Positions 1-10,228 of a stretch of DNA of 64,000 nucleotides are shown here, piece by piece. The first letter of the stretch is position 1. Every line of letters starts with the position of its first letter. The stretch is from an uncultured bacterium (GTDB taxonomy: Bacteria; Bipolaricaulota; Bipolaricaulia; RBG-16-55-9; DRJF01). The notes under the pieces were generated by a model that ran no database searches, had not been told where the DNA came from, and saw nothing but the letters and a program-made list of their open reading frames with translations. A program made the translations under genes and the position numbers. The stretch spans positions 713-64,712 of the forward strand of contig CAJXGD010000006.1 of assembly GCA_913053845.1 (NCBI GenBank), written 5' to 3'.

Positions 1-31
1 TCAGCCCCCAGTCGAGAAAGGAGTTCAAGCC

Positions 32-1030
32 ATGAGCAGAGTCAGGCAGCAAACCCATAGTCGTGGGGAAGAGTCGTTTCGGGTCACCCTGGAGCAGAGC
101 GGGCTCCGGTTGCACCTCGCCCACCTGGCCCCCAAGACGACCGGACCGGTCGAGCAGCACCGAACGGTTCTCTATATCCACGGAGCCACCTTTCCGATTG
201 CCCTATCCATCGGCTTTCGCTTCGACGGCCACTCTTGGATGGACGATCTAGCGGAGGCAGGTTTCGATGTCTGGGGATTGGATTTCTTGGGCTACGGTGG
301 ATCCGATCGCTATCCGGAGATGGAGGCCCCTCCAGAGACCAATCCTCCCCTGGGAAAGGCGGCGGGGGCCGCGCGGCAGATCACCAAAGCGGTGGAGTTC
401 ATCGGCGAGCATCAAGGCACCCGGCATGTCTCTCTCCTAGCCCACTCCAGGGGTACACTGCCCGCCGGCCTCTATGCAACGACGCACCCCGAACGACTTG
501 ACCGGTTGGTCCTCTTTGGACCTGTCGCCCTCCGACGCCAAGAGCAGCCCCCCAAAGGGCAGCCACCTGCATATAAAGACGTGACCGTTGAAGAGCAATG
601 GCAACGCTTCACGGGCTATCTGCCTCCCGGCGAATCTCCTGTACTGGAGAAGCGCCATTTTGATCTTTGGGGCTTAGCCTACCTGGCCAGTGACCCGACC
701 GGCGAGGCCCGCATGCCGCCAAGCGTTCGGGTGCCGAATGGATTTGAGGCAGACTTCGCCGAGGCTTGGAGTGGTCATTTGGCCTATGACCCCGGGAAGG
801 TCCGGACGCCGACGCTCATAGTTCGCGGCGAGTGGGACAGCATCACCACGGATGCCGATGCGCGTTGGCTGTGGAAGGCTCTGGGCTCCGTCCCGCTCAA
901 GCGGGAGGTGCTCATCAGCCGAGGCACCCACGTCTGTCATCTCGAAGCGAGCCGCTTCCAGCTCTATCGTGAAGTGGAAACCTTCTTGAAAGGGAACGAC
1001 TTAGCCCAACCGAAAGGAGTGGCCCAATGA
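32..1030 (+). CDS. alpha/beta-fold hydrolase
   Basis: 332-aa ORF; HGxxF oxyanion-like segment near the N-terminus and a GHSRG nucleophile-elbow-like motif (AHSRGT); stop overlaps the next gene start (ATGA). Confidence 0.55.
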   Translation: MSRVRQQTHSRGEESFRVTLEQSGLRLHLAHLAPKTTGPVEQHRTVLYIHGATFPIALSIGFRFDGHSWMDDLAEAGFDVWGLDFLGYGGSDRYPEMEAPPETNPPLGKAAGAARQITKAVEFIGEHQGTRHVSLLAHSRGTLPAGLYATTHPERLDRLVLFGPVALRRQEQPPKGQPPAYKDVTVEEQWQRFTGYLPPGESPVLEKRHFDLWGLAYLASDPTGEARMPPSVRVPNGFEADFAEAWSGHLAYDPGKVRTPTLIVRGEWDSITTDADARWLWKALGSVPLKREVLISRGTHVCHLEASRFQLYREVETFLKGNDLAQPKGVAQ

Positions 1031-1869
1031 ATCAATACGAGAAGGCCATCGCATTCCGCGATCTCCATCAGGGTCCGCACGTCTTCATCTTGCCCAACGC
1101 CTGGGATGTCGCCAGCGCGCTGATCTTCGCTCAGGCCGGCTTCCCGGCGATCGGCACGACCAGTGCCGGTGTCGCAGCCACCTTGGGCTATCCCGATGGC
1201 GAACAGATCCACCTCAGCGAGCTGCTTCCCATCCTCAAGCGGATGGCGGAACGAGTGAATTTGCCGATCACCGCCGACATCGAAGCGGGTTACGGCCGTA
1301 CGATCACCGCAGTGGCCGAGAACGTCCGTGCGGTGATCGCCACCGGGGTTGTGGGCATCAATCTTGAAGATGCCCCCGGAGAGGAAGGACAACCACTGGT
1401 CACCCTTGCCCGCCAGGCGCGGGTGATCCGAGCCATCCGCCTGGTCGCCAAGGAGGTGAAGGTTCCGCTGGTCATCAATGCACGCACCGACGTATTTTGG
1501 CGGAAGGTGGGCGATCCCGACAATCAACTCACTCAGGCGGTAGAACGAGCCAACGCCTATCGCGAGGCCGGGGCGGACTGCCTGTTCCTCCCCGGCGTCA
1601 GTGACCGGGAGACGATTGCAAAGCTTGTGGACCAAATTCGCGGTCCAGTCAACATATTAGCCGGCCCAGGCGCCCCATCCATACCGGAGCTAGAACGTTT
1701 GGGGGTAGCCAGGGTAAGCGTGGGTTCCGGCCCCATTCGGGCTGCCTTGGCCCTAATGCGCGGCATAGCTCAGGAACTCCTCACAAAAGGAACCTATACC
1801 AGGCTGACTGAGGAGACCATCCCCTATGAGGAACTGGGCGAGCTGCTCGCCAGAGCCGGGGAGCTATAA
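1027..1869 (+). CDS. PEP mutase / isocitrate lyase superfamily enzyme (2-methylisocitrate lyase or carboxyvinyl-carboxyphosphonate phosphorylmutase-like)
   Basis: 280 aa; N-terminus FRDLHQGP..FILPNAWDVASALIFAQAGFPAIGTTSAG is typical of the PrpB/ICL-like TIM-barrel family. Confidence 0.65.
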   Translation: MNQYEKAIAFRDLHQGPHVFILPNAWDVASALIFAQAGFPAIGTTSAGVAATLGYPDGEQIHLSELLPILKRMAERVNLPITADIEAGYGRTITAVAENVRAVIATGVVGINLEDAPGEEGQPLVTLARQARVIRAIRLVAKEVKVPLVINARTDVFWRKVGDPDNQLTQAVERANAYREAGADCLFLPGVSDRETIAKLVDQIRGPVNILAGPGAPSIPELERLGVARVSVGSGPIRAALALMRGIAQELLTKGTYTRLTEETIPYEELGELLARAGEL

Positions 1870-2024
1870 TGGGTCAAGAGATTGTTACCAGGGCCGAGCA
1901 GCCAATCGGTGGAGATGAGAACCGCTCTCAAGCTGGTGCGGCGCATTCGCTTGGTGCTCTATCGCCCACAGGATCTCGAGCTTCACCGGTGAGTCTTGCG
2001 AGAACTCTGGGAAAAGCAAACTCT

Positions 2025-4085
2025 TCACGACGATAGCCCACCCTCCGCGGGCTTTACCCTCTGCGCCACCAGCTCTTCCACCAAACCAGCTTCCGGCTCA
2101 TAGGGCAGGGTGATCTGACCCCGCTCGCCGTTGGCCCGGTTCCAGGCGGCGGCCACCTCGATGGCATTGGGATTCCTGGCCCAGGCGCGCCGCGCCACCC
2201 CGCCCAGCACATCCCAGCTCAGCGCCTCCTCGATGATTCGGTCAACCCGCTCGCTGCCATCGAGCACCAGACCAAAGCCACTGTGGATCGCCTTGCCGAT
2301 CCCCACCCCGCCGCCGTTGCTCATCACTACCATGGTCATCCCCCGCGCGGCGTTCCCGGCGAAATTGTGCGCGGCCATCTCGGCCATCACGTTGGAGCCA
2401 TCCTTGATGTTGGCCGTCTCCCGAAAGGGCGAATCGGCCGAGCCGCAGTCATGATGATCCCGACCGATCATGATCGGTCCCACCTCGCCCCGGCGAACCA
2501 GCTCGTTGAACTTGAGCGCGATCTTCACCCGCAGCTCCGCGTCGGCATAGAGGATCCGTGCCTGCGAGCCCACCACCAGCCGATGGGAGTCGGCTTGGCG
2601 AATCCACTCATAGTTGTCCCGATCCTGAGGGCGCCTAGTGGGGTCAATGCACTCCAGCGCCGCCCCATCGGTCTTGAGCAGGTCCTCATGGGCCCCGGAG
2701 AGACAGACCCAGCGAAACGGTCCATAGCCGTAGTCAAAGCTGAGCGGGCCGATCAGATCCTCCACGTAGGAGGGAAAGATGAAGCCCTGGTTAATATCCC
2801 GACCGTTCTTGGCGATCTCTCGCACTCCCGCATCGAAGACCGCCTTCATGAAACTGTTGCCGTAGTCCCAAAAATGCGTCCCCCGTCCCACCATGGTGCG
2901 GATCAGCTCAAACTGCCGCTGCAGGGAACGATCAACTTGCCCTCTGAAGGCCGCGCGATCTCGCTGGAGCAGTTCTCGGCCCTCGGCAAAGCTCAGCCCT
3001 TGGGGGGTATAGCCGCCGTCGTAGACCGCATGACAGGAGGTCTGATCGGAGGCCAGCTCCACCTCGATCTGCTGCCGGGCCAGATATTGCCATAGGTCCA
3101 CGATATTGCCCTGATAGCCGATCGAGAGTGCCTCGCCTCGTTGTTGGCTCTCCCTCATCCAAGCGACCACCTGGGCCAGATCGGCGGAGGCCTTGCTCAG
3201 CCAGCCCTGTTCCAGCCGCTGCCGGAGCCGTGAGGGGTCCACCTCGGCGATCAGTCCCACGCCGCCGGCGATCTCAACCGCCTTCGCCTGAGCGCCTGAC
3301 ATCCCACCCAGGCCGGAGCTGACGAAGTTATGCCCCCGCAGGTCCTGTCCCGGCGGGACGCCCAAAAACAAGCGCCCGGCATTGAGGATGGTCAGGTAGG
3401 TACCATGCACTATCCCCTGAGGACCGATATACATCCAGCCCCCGGCGGTCATCTGCCCGTAGTTGGCCACCCCCAAGGCCGCTGCCCGGCGAAACCCCTC
3501 CGGATTGTCGCCCAGACCGACCATCAGGCCGTTGGTATTGATCACCCGCGGGCTCTGGGGCCGGGAGGGGAAAAGCCCCAGCGGATGGCCGGAGGCGATC
3601 ACCAGCGTCTGCTCAAGCGAGATCGCTTGCAAATAGGCCTTGATCAGGCGATATTGCATCCAGTTCTGGAAGACCTGCCCGCTCTCGCCGTAGGTGACCA
3701 GCTCATAGGGGTAGAGGGCGACCTCAAAATCCAGGTTATTCTCGATCATCAGTTGCAGGGCTCGCCCCTCCAGAGTCCGGCCCTGATACTCCTCTATGGG
3801 CCGGGCCTTGATCCGGCCGGCCGGCCGATAACGATAGCCATAGATTCTTCCCCGTGTGAGCAGCTCTTCTAGGAACTCCGGCGCCAACTGCTCGTGAAGC
3901 TCATTGGGTATATACCGCAGGGCGTTCTTGAGGGCGATGATCGTCTCTGGGGCAGATAGCTCGAACCCGCGATGGGGCGCCCGGCGGATTCCCGGCTCGA
4001 ACTTTGGCTCAGGGGGAAGCTCAGCGGACAAACCGATGACCAACCTCCCCGCTGCATCGCTGCTCATTTGAGTGCTCATCTTCAA
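2025..4085 (-). CDS. hutU: urocanate hydratase (long form)
   Basis: 686 aa; urocanase hallmark blocks (GGMSGAQ NAD-binding segment, GDNPEGF, IMIGRDHHDCGS..DSPFRETANI) conserved along the full length. Confidence 0.85.
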   Translation of the reverse strand: MKMSTQMSSDAAGRLVIGLSAELPPEPKFEPGIRRAPHRGFELSAPETIIALKNALRYIPNELHEQLAPEFLEELLTRGRIYGYRYRPAGRIKARPIEEYQGRTLEGRALQLMIENNLDFEVALYPYELVTYGESGQVFQNWMQYRLIKAYLQAISLEQTLVIASGHPLGLFPSRPQSPRVINTNGLMVGLGDNPEGFRRAAALGVANYGQMTAGGWMYIGPQGIVHGTYLTILNAGRLFLGVPPGQDLRGHNFVSSGLGGMSGAQAKAVEIAGGVGLIAEVDPSRLRQRLEQGWLSKASADLAQVVAWMRESQQRGEALSIGYQGNIVDLWQYLARQQIEVELASDQTSCHAVYDGGYTPQGLSFAEGRELLQRDRAAFRGQVDRSLQRQFELIRTMVGRGTHFWDYGNSFMKAVFDAGVREIAKNGRDINQGFIFPSYVEDLIGPLSFDYGYGPFRWVCLSGAHEDLLKTDGAALECIDPTRRPQDRDNYEWIRQADSHRLVVGSQARILYADAELRVKIALKFNELVRRGEVGPIMIGRDHHDCGSADSPFRETANIKDGSNVMAEMAAHNFAGNAARGMTMVVMSNGGGVGIGKAIHSGFGLVLDGSERVDRIIEEALSWDVLGGVARRAWARNPNAIEVAAAWNRANGERGQITLPYEPEAGLVEELVAQRVKPAEGGLSS

Positions 4086-4129
4086 TACCCCCCCTGTGGC
4101 TCAGCGCGACTCGCACAATTTCGTCTTAC

Positions 4130-4158
4130 TTGATCGGCCCTGGACCGCGACCTATAAT
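4130..4158 (+). promoter_or_regulatory. sigma70-like promoter (TTGATC-17 nt-TATAAT) upstream of the ABC transporter operon
   Basis: -35 TTGATC at 4130-4135, 17-nt spacer, perfect -10 TATAAT at 4153-4158; leaves a ~210-nt leader before the 4373 start (RBS AGGAGGA at -10). Confidence 0.35.
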
Positions 4159-4372
4159 TGAGCTTACTTCCGCCGGGGGGGTGTGGTCAAATGGCCGGTG
4201 ATCGCCTTTGTTAGCGCCGTACGATACTATCGCTTAGCTTGCTGGGGCCACATCGTCTGCCCTTTCCCCCAACGGACCCTCCTCTACAAAGATTCGCGCT
4301 GTAGCCGGCCGTCTGTCCTAAGCTAGCGACCGAGTTCAAACGGCAAATTTAACTTACCAGGAGGATCAAGTC

Positions 4373-5890
4373 ATGGTTCAATCGCTCTCAAGACGCACCT
4401 TTCTCAAGGGTTTGGCTGTCGGAGCCACAACGCTCGCCCTACCGGGCAGCCTCTGGCAGACCGGCCTTTCCCAGCCCAGCTCGCTGCTGGCGGTGGTCAA
4501 AGCCGGACCGGACACGATGGAACCCACCAGGGATAATGACCCCAACCTGCAAGTAGTGGCCAATATCTTCGACGGCCTGCTGCGCCGCGACCCGACAGGC
4601 AAGCTGCTCCCGGCGTTGGCCACCTCATTTAAGCGCACCGACCTGGACAAATGGGAGTTTACCCTACGGCAAGGGGTCAAGTTCCACAATGGCAACCCCT
4701 TCGATGCCCAGGACGTCAAGTTCAGCCTGGAGCGGCTCAAGGGGGACTTCTCGGAGTTCCAGTCCTTCGGCGGCGCGATCAAGCAGGTCCAAATTCTGAC
4801 TCCCTTCAAGGTGCAGGTGATCACAGACGGTCCGGTACCCTTCTTCGCCAACAACCTGCACCAGATTTTCATCCTCGACCAGGAGTCCAGCGCGACCCGC
4901 TCCGAGGCGGAGATCGCGCAAAAACCCATCGGCACCGGTGCCTATCGTTTCGAGCAGTGGGTCCAGGGATCGTTTGTGGACCTGGAGGCCAACCCGGACT
5001 ACTGGGACGGCGCAGCGACGATCAAGCGTGTGCGCCATCAGGTAGTACAAGACGACTCGACCCGTCTGGCGGCCCTGGAGAGTGGGGATGCCCAACTGGT
5101 GCAGAGCCTGCCGGTGCAGTTCGCTGATCGGGTCCGCGCCAACTCGGCCTTGAAACTGGTGGTGCGTGCCGGGCGGCAGGCGATCTTCTTCTCCCCTAAG
5201 GTGGTAGACTCGCCGCTGGCCGATCTGCGCGTGCGCCAGGCGCTCTACTACGCCATTGACACTCAGGCGATCATCAAGACGGTGCTCGGCGGCTTCGGCG
5301 CGCCGGCGGCGCAGGTGCCGGACCCGCCGACGGTGGGCTTCAATCCCGACATCAAGCGTCTGTCCTTTGACCCAGCGCGGGCGCGCGGGCTGCTCAGCGA
5401 GGCCGGTTTCCCCAATGGCTTTGATCTGACCGTCGATGTCACCAATGACCAGTTCGCCAACGACGTCGAGGTTGGCCAAGCGGTGGCGCAGTTCCTCAGC
5501 CGGGTGGGCATCCATGCCCAGGTGCGGGCCCGGCCCAGCTCGCTCTTCTTCAGTGACGTTGATGCCCACAAGTTGGACTTCTTCATCGTGGGCTGGTTCG
5601 ACGGTGCCTTCGACTTTGGGCGCACGGCCAAAGTGCTTTTGGTGACGGATGCCTACTTCAACGGCTCGCTCTACAGCAACGCTCAGTTCGACGCGCTGAT
5701 CAAGCAGAGCGACGCTATCGTCAATGCCCAGGAGCGGGCCAAGCTGCTCCAGCGGGCCAACAAGCTGGTCATGGACGATGTGGCTCTGGTGCCCTTGTAT
5801 TACGAAGCTCAGGTGTGGGGCACCGCCAGCGGTCTCCAGTTCCAACCGCGCTCGGATAGCTGGACGGTCTATCACGACCTCAGCTTCTAG
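4373..5890 (+). CDS. ABC transporter substrate-binding protein, family 5 (peptide/nickel, DppA/OppA-like), Tat signal
   Basis: 505 aa; N-terminal SRRTFLKGLAVGATTLALPG twin-arginine signal; SBP_bac_5-like composition; RBS upstream. Confidence 0.8.
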   Translation: MVQSLSRRTFLKGLAVGATTLALPGSLWQTGLSQPSSLLAVVKAGPDTMEPTRDNDPNLQVVANIFDGLLRRDPTGKLLPALATSFKRTDLDKWEFTLRQGVKFHNGNPFDAQDVKFSLERLKGDFSEFQSFGGAIKQVQILTPFKVQVITDGPVPFFANNLHQIFILDQESSATRSEAEIAQKPIGTGAYRFEQWVQGSFVDLEANPDYWDGAATIKRVRHQVVQDDSTRLAALESGDAQLVQSLPVQFADRVRANSALKLVVRAGRQAIFFSPKVVDSPLADLRVRQALYYAIDTQAIIKTVLGGFGAPAAQVPDPPTVGFNPDIKRLSFDPARARGLLSEAGFPNGFDLTVDVTNDQFANDVEVGQAVAQFLSRVGIHAQVRARPSSLFFSDVDAHKLDFFIVGWFDGAFDFGRTAKVLLVTDAYFNGSLYSNAQFDALIKQSDAIVNAQERAKLLQRANKLVMDDVALVPLYYEAQVWGTASGLQFQPRSDSWTVYHDLSF

Positions 5891-5954
5891 CCGGAACCGG
5901 GTAGGGGCGAGTGCTCACTCGCCTCTACCCCTTTCTGGACAGCTAGTCCGATAG

Positions 5955-6923
5955 ATGGCCGGTTATCTGCTGCGGCGGTTGCTGCAAAGCGTGGTGGTGC
6001 TCTTCAGCGTCTCGCTGATCTCCTTTGTGATCTTCCAGTACCTGGGTGATCCCATTCGCACCAACTACAATCCCCAGGAGCTGACCAGGCAGCGTGTGGT
6101 GCAACTGCGCCGGGAGCTGGGCCTGGACCAACCTTTTTATCTGCAATACGCACACTGGCTGGAGCGCGCGCTGCACGGGGACTTCGGCCTGTCCTATCGC
6201 CAGCGCCTGCCGGTGATGCGGCTCATCTTAGCGCGCGCCCCGGCCACGCTGGAGTTGGCGACGCTGGCGCTCTTCAGCGGCACATTATTGGGACTGCTGT
6301 TGGGAATCTGGTCCGCGCTGCACCCTCGTTCTTTGTCGGCCAAGAGCGCGATAGTCACCTCGCTGCTGGGCATCTCCACCCCTACCTTTGTGGTGGGCTT
6401 GCTCTTGATCCTGCTTTTTTCGGTGAGTTGGCACTGGTTGCCCCCCTTCGGTCGCGGCACCACAGTCAGTTTGGGGGCGTGGAGGAGTGGCCTGCTCACC
6501 CTCAGCGGTTGGCAGCACCTGATCATGCCGGTGATCACTCTGGGGCTCTTTCAGGTGGGGGTGATGGCCCGGCTTACCCGCAGCGGGATGCTGGAGGTAC
6601 TGGCCCAAGATTACGTCCGCACCGCCTGGGCCAAGGGGCTGAGCAGCACGCAGGTGGTGGGCAAACATGCCTTGCGCAACGTGCTCATCCCGGTGATCAC
6701 CGTCTTGGGGATGAGCTACGGGGAGTTGATCGCCTTCTCCATTGTGACCGAGTCAATCTTCCAATGGCCTGGCCTGGGGAATCTGCTGCTGCACGCGGTC
6801 TTCTCCAGCGACCAACCCATTGTGGTCGCCTATATCGTGTTGACCTCTTTGCTCATCTTGAGCCTCAATCTTGTGGTTGACCTGCTCTACGTGGCGCTCA
6901 ATCCTCGCATCCGTTATGGCTAA
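5955..6923 (+). CDS. ABC transporter permease (DppB/OppB-like)
   Basis: 322 aa polytopic membrane protein with the binding-protein-dependent transport inner-membrane-component layout; follows the SBP gene. Confidence 0.8.
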   Translation: MAGYLLRRLLQSVVVLFSVSLISFVIFQYLGDPIRTNYNPQELTRQRVVQLRRELGLDQPFYLQYAHWLERALHGDFGLSYRQRLPVMRLILARAPATLELATLALFSGTLLGLLLGIWSALHPRSLSAKSAIVTSLLGISTPTFVVGLLLILLFSVSWHWLPPFGRGTTVSLGAWRSGLLTLSGWQHLIMPVITLGLFQVGVMARLTRSGMLEVLAQDYVRTAWAKGLSSTQVVGKHALRNVLIPVITVLGMSYGELIAFSIVTESIFQWPGLGNLLLHAVFSSDQPIVVAYIVLTSLLILSLNLVVDLLYVALNPRIRYG

Positions 6924-7791
6924 ATCCCGGCAACAGGGCTCAGAGTGGTGGCAGAGCTTGAGCCGCAGCCCCTTGGCCCTGATCAGCGCCATCTTGATCC
7001 TGCTCTTGGGCTTAGCGGCGCTCTTTGCCCCTTGGCTCTCACCCCAAAACCCCTACGACCTGGCTACGCTCAACCTGAGCGATGCCTTCCAGCCACCGCT
7101 CTGGCTGCCCGGAGGTCACTGGCCCTACCTGCTGGGCACGGACAACCTGGGTCGCGGCATTCTGAGCACGATACTCTATGGCTTGCGCATCTCGTTCGTC
7201 GTGGGCCTCAGCGTGGTCCTGCTGGCAGGAGGGATGGGCATCGTCACCGGGCTTTGGGCCGGCTATCGCGGCGGCTGGCTCGATGCGCTGCTGATGCGCT
7301 TGGCCGACACCGTCTTCTCCTTTTCTACCACTCTGATGGCCATCCTGATCATGGGCTTGCTCAAGGCGCGCGGCGTGGGTGCGGTGGTCTTCGCCATTGC
7401 CATCACCGACTGGGTGCGCTATGCCCGCACGGCGCGCGGCAGCACGCTGACGCTCAAACCGGAGGAGTTCGTCAGCGCCGCTCAGGCGCTGGGTGCCGGT
7501 AGCTGGCGCATCCTCACCCGGCATATCCTGCCCAATGCCCTGCCGCCCTTACTGGTGATCGCTGCGGTGGATTTTGCCGTGGTGGTCATCCTGGAGGCGA
7601 CGCTGAGCTTCTTGGGGATAGGGGTGCCCATCACCCAGCCGTCGCTGGGGATGATGATCGCCATCGGCAGCAAATATCTCTACGCCGGGTATTGGTGGAT
7701 GATCGTCTTCCCCTGTGCGGTCTTGATCTTGCTCACCATGGCGGTCAACCTGCTGGGCGACTGGTTGCGCACCGAGCTGGACCCTCATTGA
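6916..7791 (+). CDS. ABC transporter permease (DppC/OppC-like)
   Basis: Start chosen at MAKSRQQ (ATG overlapping the previous stop; the ORF track begins earlier at 6871); polytopic permease ending ..LLGDWLRTELDPH. Confidence 0.75.
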   Translation: MAKSRQQGSEWWQSLSRSPLALISAILILLLGLAALFAPWLSPQNPYDLATLNLSDAFQPPLWLPGGHWPYLLGTDNLGRGILSTILYGLRISFVVGLSVVLLAGGMGIVTGLWAGYRGGWLDALLMRLADTVFSFSTTLMAILIMGLLKARGVGAVVFAIAITDWVRYARTARGSTLTLKPEEFVSAAQALGAGSWRILTRHILPNALPPLLVIAAVDFAVVVILEATLSFLGIGVPITQPSLGMMIAIGSKYLYAGYWWMIVFPCAVLILLTMAVNLLGDWLRTELDPH

Positions 7792-7848
7792 TCCCTGTGC
7801 GCCTCGACTTGATCTGGCCCACTTGCCGGGGTACATTTACATAGATAT

Positions 7849-8970
7849 ATGGCTCAACCGACCAAGGAGACGATTAAGGACTGGCAAGCGCACTGGCAAG
7901 ATGAGGGCGAATCGGCCTATCGCTATCGCACCCTGGCCTCGCTGGAGGGCGATGAGGCCCGCAGGAAGCTCTATCTGCGCCTGGCCGAGGTGGAACTGCG
8001 CCACCGGGCAGTATATGAGCGGCTCCTGCGCGAGCAGGGCGTCACGCTGGGGTCATTCCGGCCTAGGCGTTGGACGCGGATTCAAGGTTGGTTGGCCCGG
8101 CACGGGGGTGCGCAGACCGTCCTAGCGATAGGCATTCAGGATGAGATCAATGAAGTCAAAAGTTATCTCAATCAACATCAGTCTCGGGATGACTCACCTG
8201 CTGACTCCGATAGCACCGCCAGGCAGATCGCCCGCGATGAGGCGGCGCATGTGGAGCTACTCAAGCAGCTCTCCGGTGGTCAGGGCGAGCCTTGGCATCG
8301 CACCGCCTCCGGTGGGATGCTGCGCGATGTCATCTATGGCTTCAATGACGGGCTGACGGCCAATTTCGGCCTGATCATGGGCATGATCGGCGCGGCAACG
8401 CAGCCGGAGCTGGTGCTGCTGGCTGGCTTGGCCGGCCTGGTGGCCGACGCGCTCTCTATGGCCGGCTCCGGCTATCTGGCGGCCAAGAGCGAGCAGGAGG
8501 TCTACCAGCATGAGCTCCATCTGGAGCGGGGCGAGCTGGAGCTGATGCCGGAGCTAGAGCTAGAGGAGCTGGCCCTGCTCTATGAGGCGAACGGCATGCC
8601 ACCGGAGACGGCGCGCCTGGCCGCCTCGCACGTGATCAAGGACCCCCAGTTGGCGCTCAAAGAGATGGCTCGCCAGGAGCTGGGCATCTCCGGCGTGGCC
8701 AGCTCACCCCTGCGTGAGGCGCTCACCACCGGGATCGCCACCGCCATCGGGGCGCTGATTCCCCTGTCCTCCTTCTTCTTTATCGGCGGAGCGGCAGCGG
8801 TCTGGAGTGCCTTCGCCATCAGTATGATCTCCCACTTTGCCGTAGGGTCGGCGCGCAGCCTCTTCACCGGGCGCGGCATCTTCCGTAGCGGGCTGGACAT
8901 GTTCTTGATCGGCCTGGGCGTGGCCGTATCCGGCTATCTGGTCGGCTCGCTGATCACCGGGAAGCTATAA
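7849..8970 (+). CDS. membrane-bound ferritin-like / VIT1-CCC1 family iron transporter (MbfA-like: N-terminal ferritin-like/rubrerythrin domain fused to a VIT domain)
   Basis: 373 aa; N-terminal four-helix ferritin-like region with E..H pairs (EVELRHR, DEAAHVELL), C-terminal VIT1 signature FNDGLTANFGLIMGMIGA plus TM helices. Confidence 0.65.
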   Translation: MAQPTKETIKDWQAHWQDEGESAYRYRTLASLEGDEARRKLYLRLAEVELRHRAVYERLLREQGVTLGSFRPRRWTRIQGWLARHGGAQTVLAIGIQDEINEVKSYLNQHQSRDDSPADSDSTARQIARDEAAHVELLKQLSGGQGEPWHRTASGGMLRDVIYGFNDGLTANFGLIMGMIGAATQPELVLLAGLAGLVADALSMAGSGYLAAKSEQEVYQHELHLERGELELMPELELEELALLYEANGMPPETARLAASHVIKDPQLALKEMARQELGISGVASSPLREALTTGIATAIGALIPLSSFFFIGGAAAVWSAFAISMISHFAVGSARSLFTGRGIFRSGLDMFLIGLGVAVSGYLVGSLITGKL

Positions 8971-10155
8971 GCCGGCCCGGCGCAGATAGCCGGTCAGTCG
9001 GCCGAGCCCCGCGGCAAACCGATCCGGCGGGGTGAGCAAGCTCAGCACCAGCAAGGGCTCCTGGCTGAAATCGAAAAAGTAGCCGGGATATATGTAAACT
9101 CCTTCGTCATCCAAAAGCCCTAGGACCAACTCCTCCTCATCGCGCCCCGGTGGCAGGCGTAGCACAGCATACCAGCCGCCTTGCACTGGCAGCAGCCTCC
9201 AAGGGGCCGGGCCGCTCCTGCCGGCCAACTCTTTCAGCTTGGCCAGATTGCTCCGGAGCCGCTCGCGAATGGACCCTTGAATCGGCAGGCGTAGCTCCAG
9301 CAGGCGAGGGAGCGCCAGTTGCACCGGCGTGTTCACCGACAAGAACGTATCGGCGATGATCTCTAAGCGCCCCAACGCGGCCTGCAGCAGCTCCGGCGGG
9401 CCGGAGGCATAGATCCAGGAGAGCTTGAGCTGGGGCAAGCCCAGCGTCTTGGAAAGGCCATTCAGCCGAAAGAGCAGAGTCGGCGGCTCGGCCGGCCAGC
9501 AGGGGGGCTCGATCCGCTCATCCAGCGAGTAATCGGCGAATACTTCGTCAACTATCAACGCCAGACCGCGCTCGGCGCAGAGTGCCAAGAGAAAGTCCCG
9601 ATCGGCTGATGCTAGAAACGAACCGGTAGGATTGTTGGGGCTGACAGCCAGAATCGCCCGCGTGCGCTCTCCTAGCCCTGCCAGCAGGCTGGAGCGCTCG
9701 ATCCGCCAGCCCCTGGTAGCAGCCAGGGCATAGCTCACCGGCTTGAGATCGCAGATCTGAGCCAGAAAGTCGAAGAGGGGATAACCCGGCCGGGGCACCA
9801 GCAGCTCATCGCCCGGCTCGGCCAGCAGCCGAAAGAGATACGCATAGGCCTCGGAGGTGCTGGCCGTGAGCAATAGCTGCTCTGGCTTCACCTCTTCGCC
9901 CTTGGCTCCATAGTAGGAGGCAGCTATGGACTGGCGGGCCGCCGCCAGGCCGCGCGGGTCAGGCGAATAACGCAAAAGGGCCGGCGAGTTTAGCGCGGCA
10001 CGTATCTGAGCCTCTGGATAGGCCAGCCGGCAGCGGGTGGGATTCGACTCGGTCAGGTCGAGCAGGGGCAGACCCGCAGCCCGGCGGGCGCTCAAACGGC
10101 GCGCCAGCTCGTTGGGCTGGAGTTGCCAATCGGTGCGGCGGGCAAAGCTTTTCAA
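8965..10155 (-). CDS. class I/II PLP-dependent aminotransferase
   Basis: 396 aa; aminotransferase class I/II fold blocks (..LLTASTSEAYAYLFRLLAEPGDELLVPRPGYP.., SKTLGLPQLKLSW lysine region). Confidence 0.7.
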   Translation of the reverse strand: MKSFARRTDWQLQPNELARRLSARRAAGLPLLDLTESNPTRCRLAYPEAQIRAALNSPALLRYSPDPRGLAAARQSIAASYYGAKGEEVKPEQLLLTASTSEAYAYLFRLLAEPGDELLVPRPGYPLFDFLAQICDLKPVSYALAATRGWRIERSSLLAGLGERTRAILAVSPNNPTGSFLASADRDFLLALCAERGLALIVDEVFADYSLDERIEPPCWPAEPPTLLFRLNGLSKTLGLPQLKLSWIYASGPPELLQAALGRLEIIADTFLSVNTPVQLALPRLLELRLPIQGSIRERLRSNLAKLKELAGRSGPAPWRLLPVQGGWYAVLRLPPGRDEEELVLGLLDDEGVYIYPGYFFDFSQEPLLVLSLLTPPDRFAAGLGRLTGYLRRAGL

Positions 10156-10228
10156 CTTCAGTCTCCTCGCTTGGCAGGGCCGCTTGACCTTGGGTTTTTC
10201 AGGCGTTAAAGTTAGGCTAGCTAGGCGG

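Noticed and set aside
4664-5875. 403-aa minus-strand ORF antisense to the peptide SBP gene (similar long antisense ORFs at 2283-3095, 16209-16802, 23272-24165, 32143-33039, 38254-38898, 57553-58305, 62931-63782)
   Set aside because: Typical stop-poor antisense frames of GC-rich DNA; Arg/Gly/Pro/His-rich low-complexity translations with no recognisable motifs, fully overlapped by well-supported genes on the other strand.
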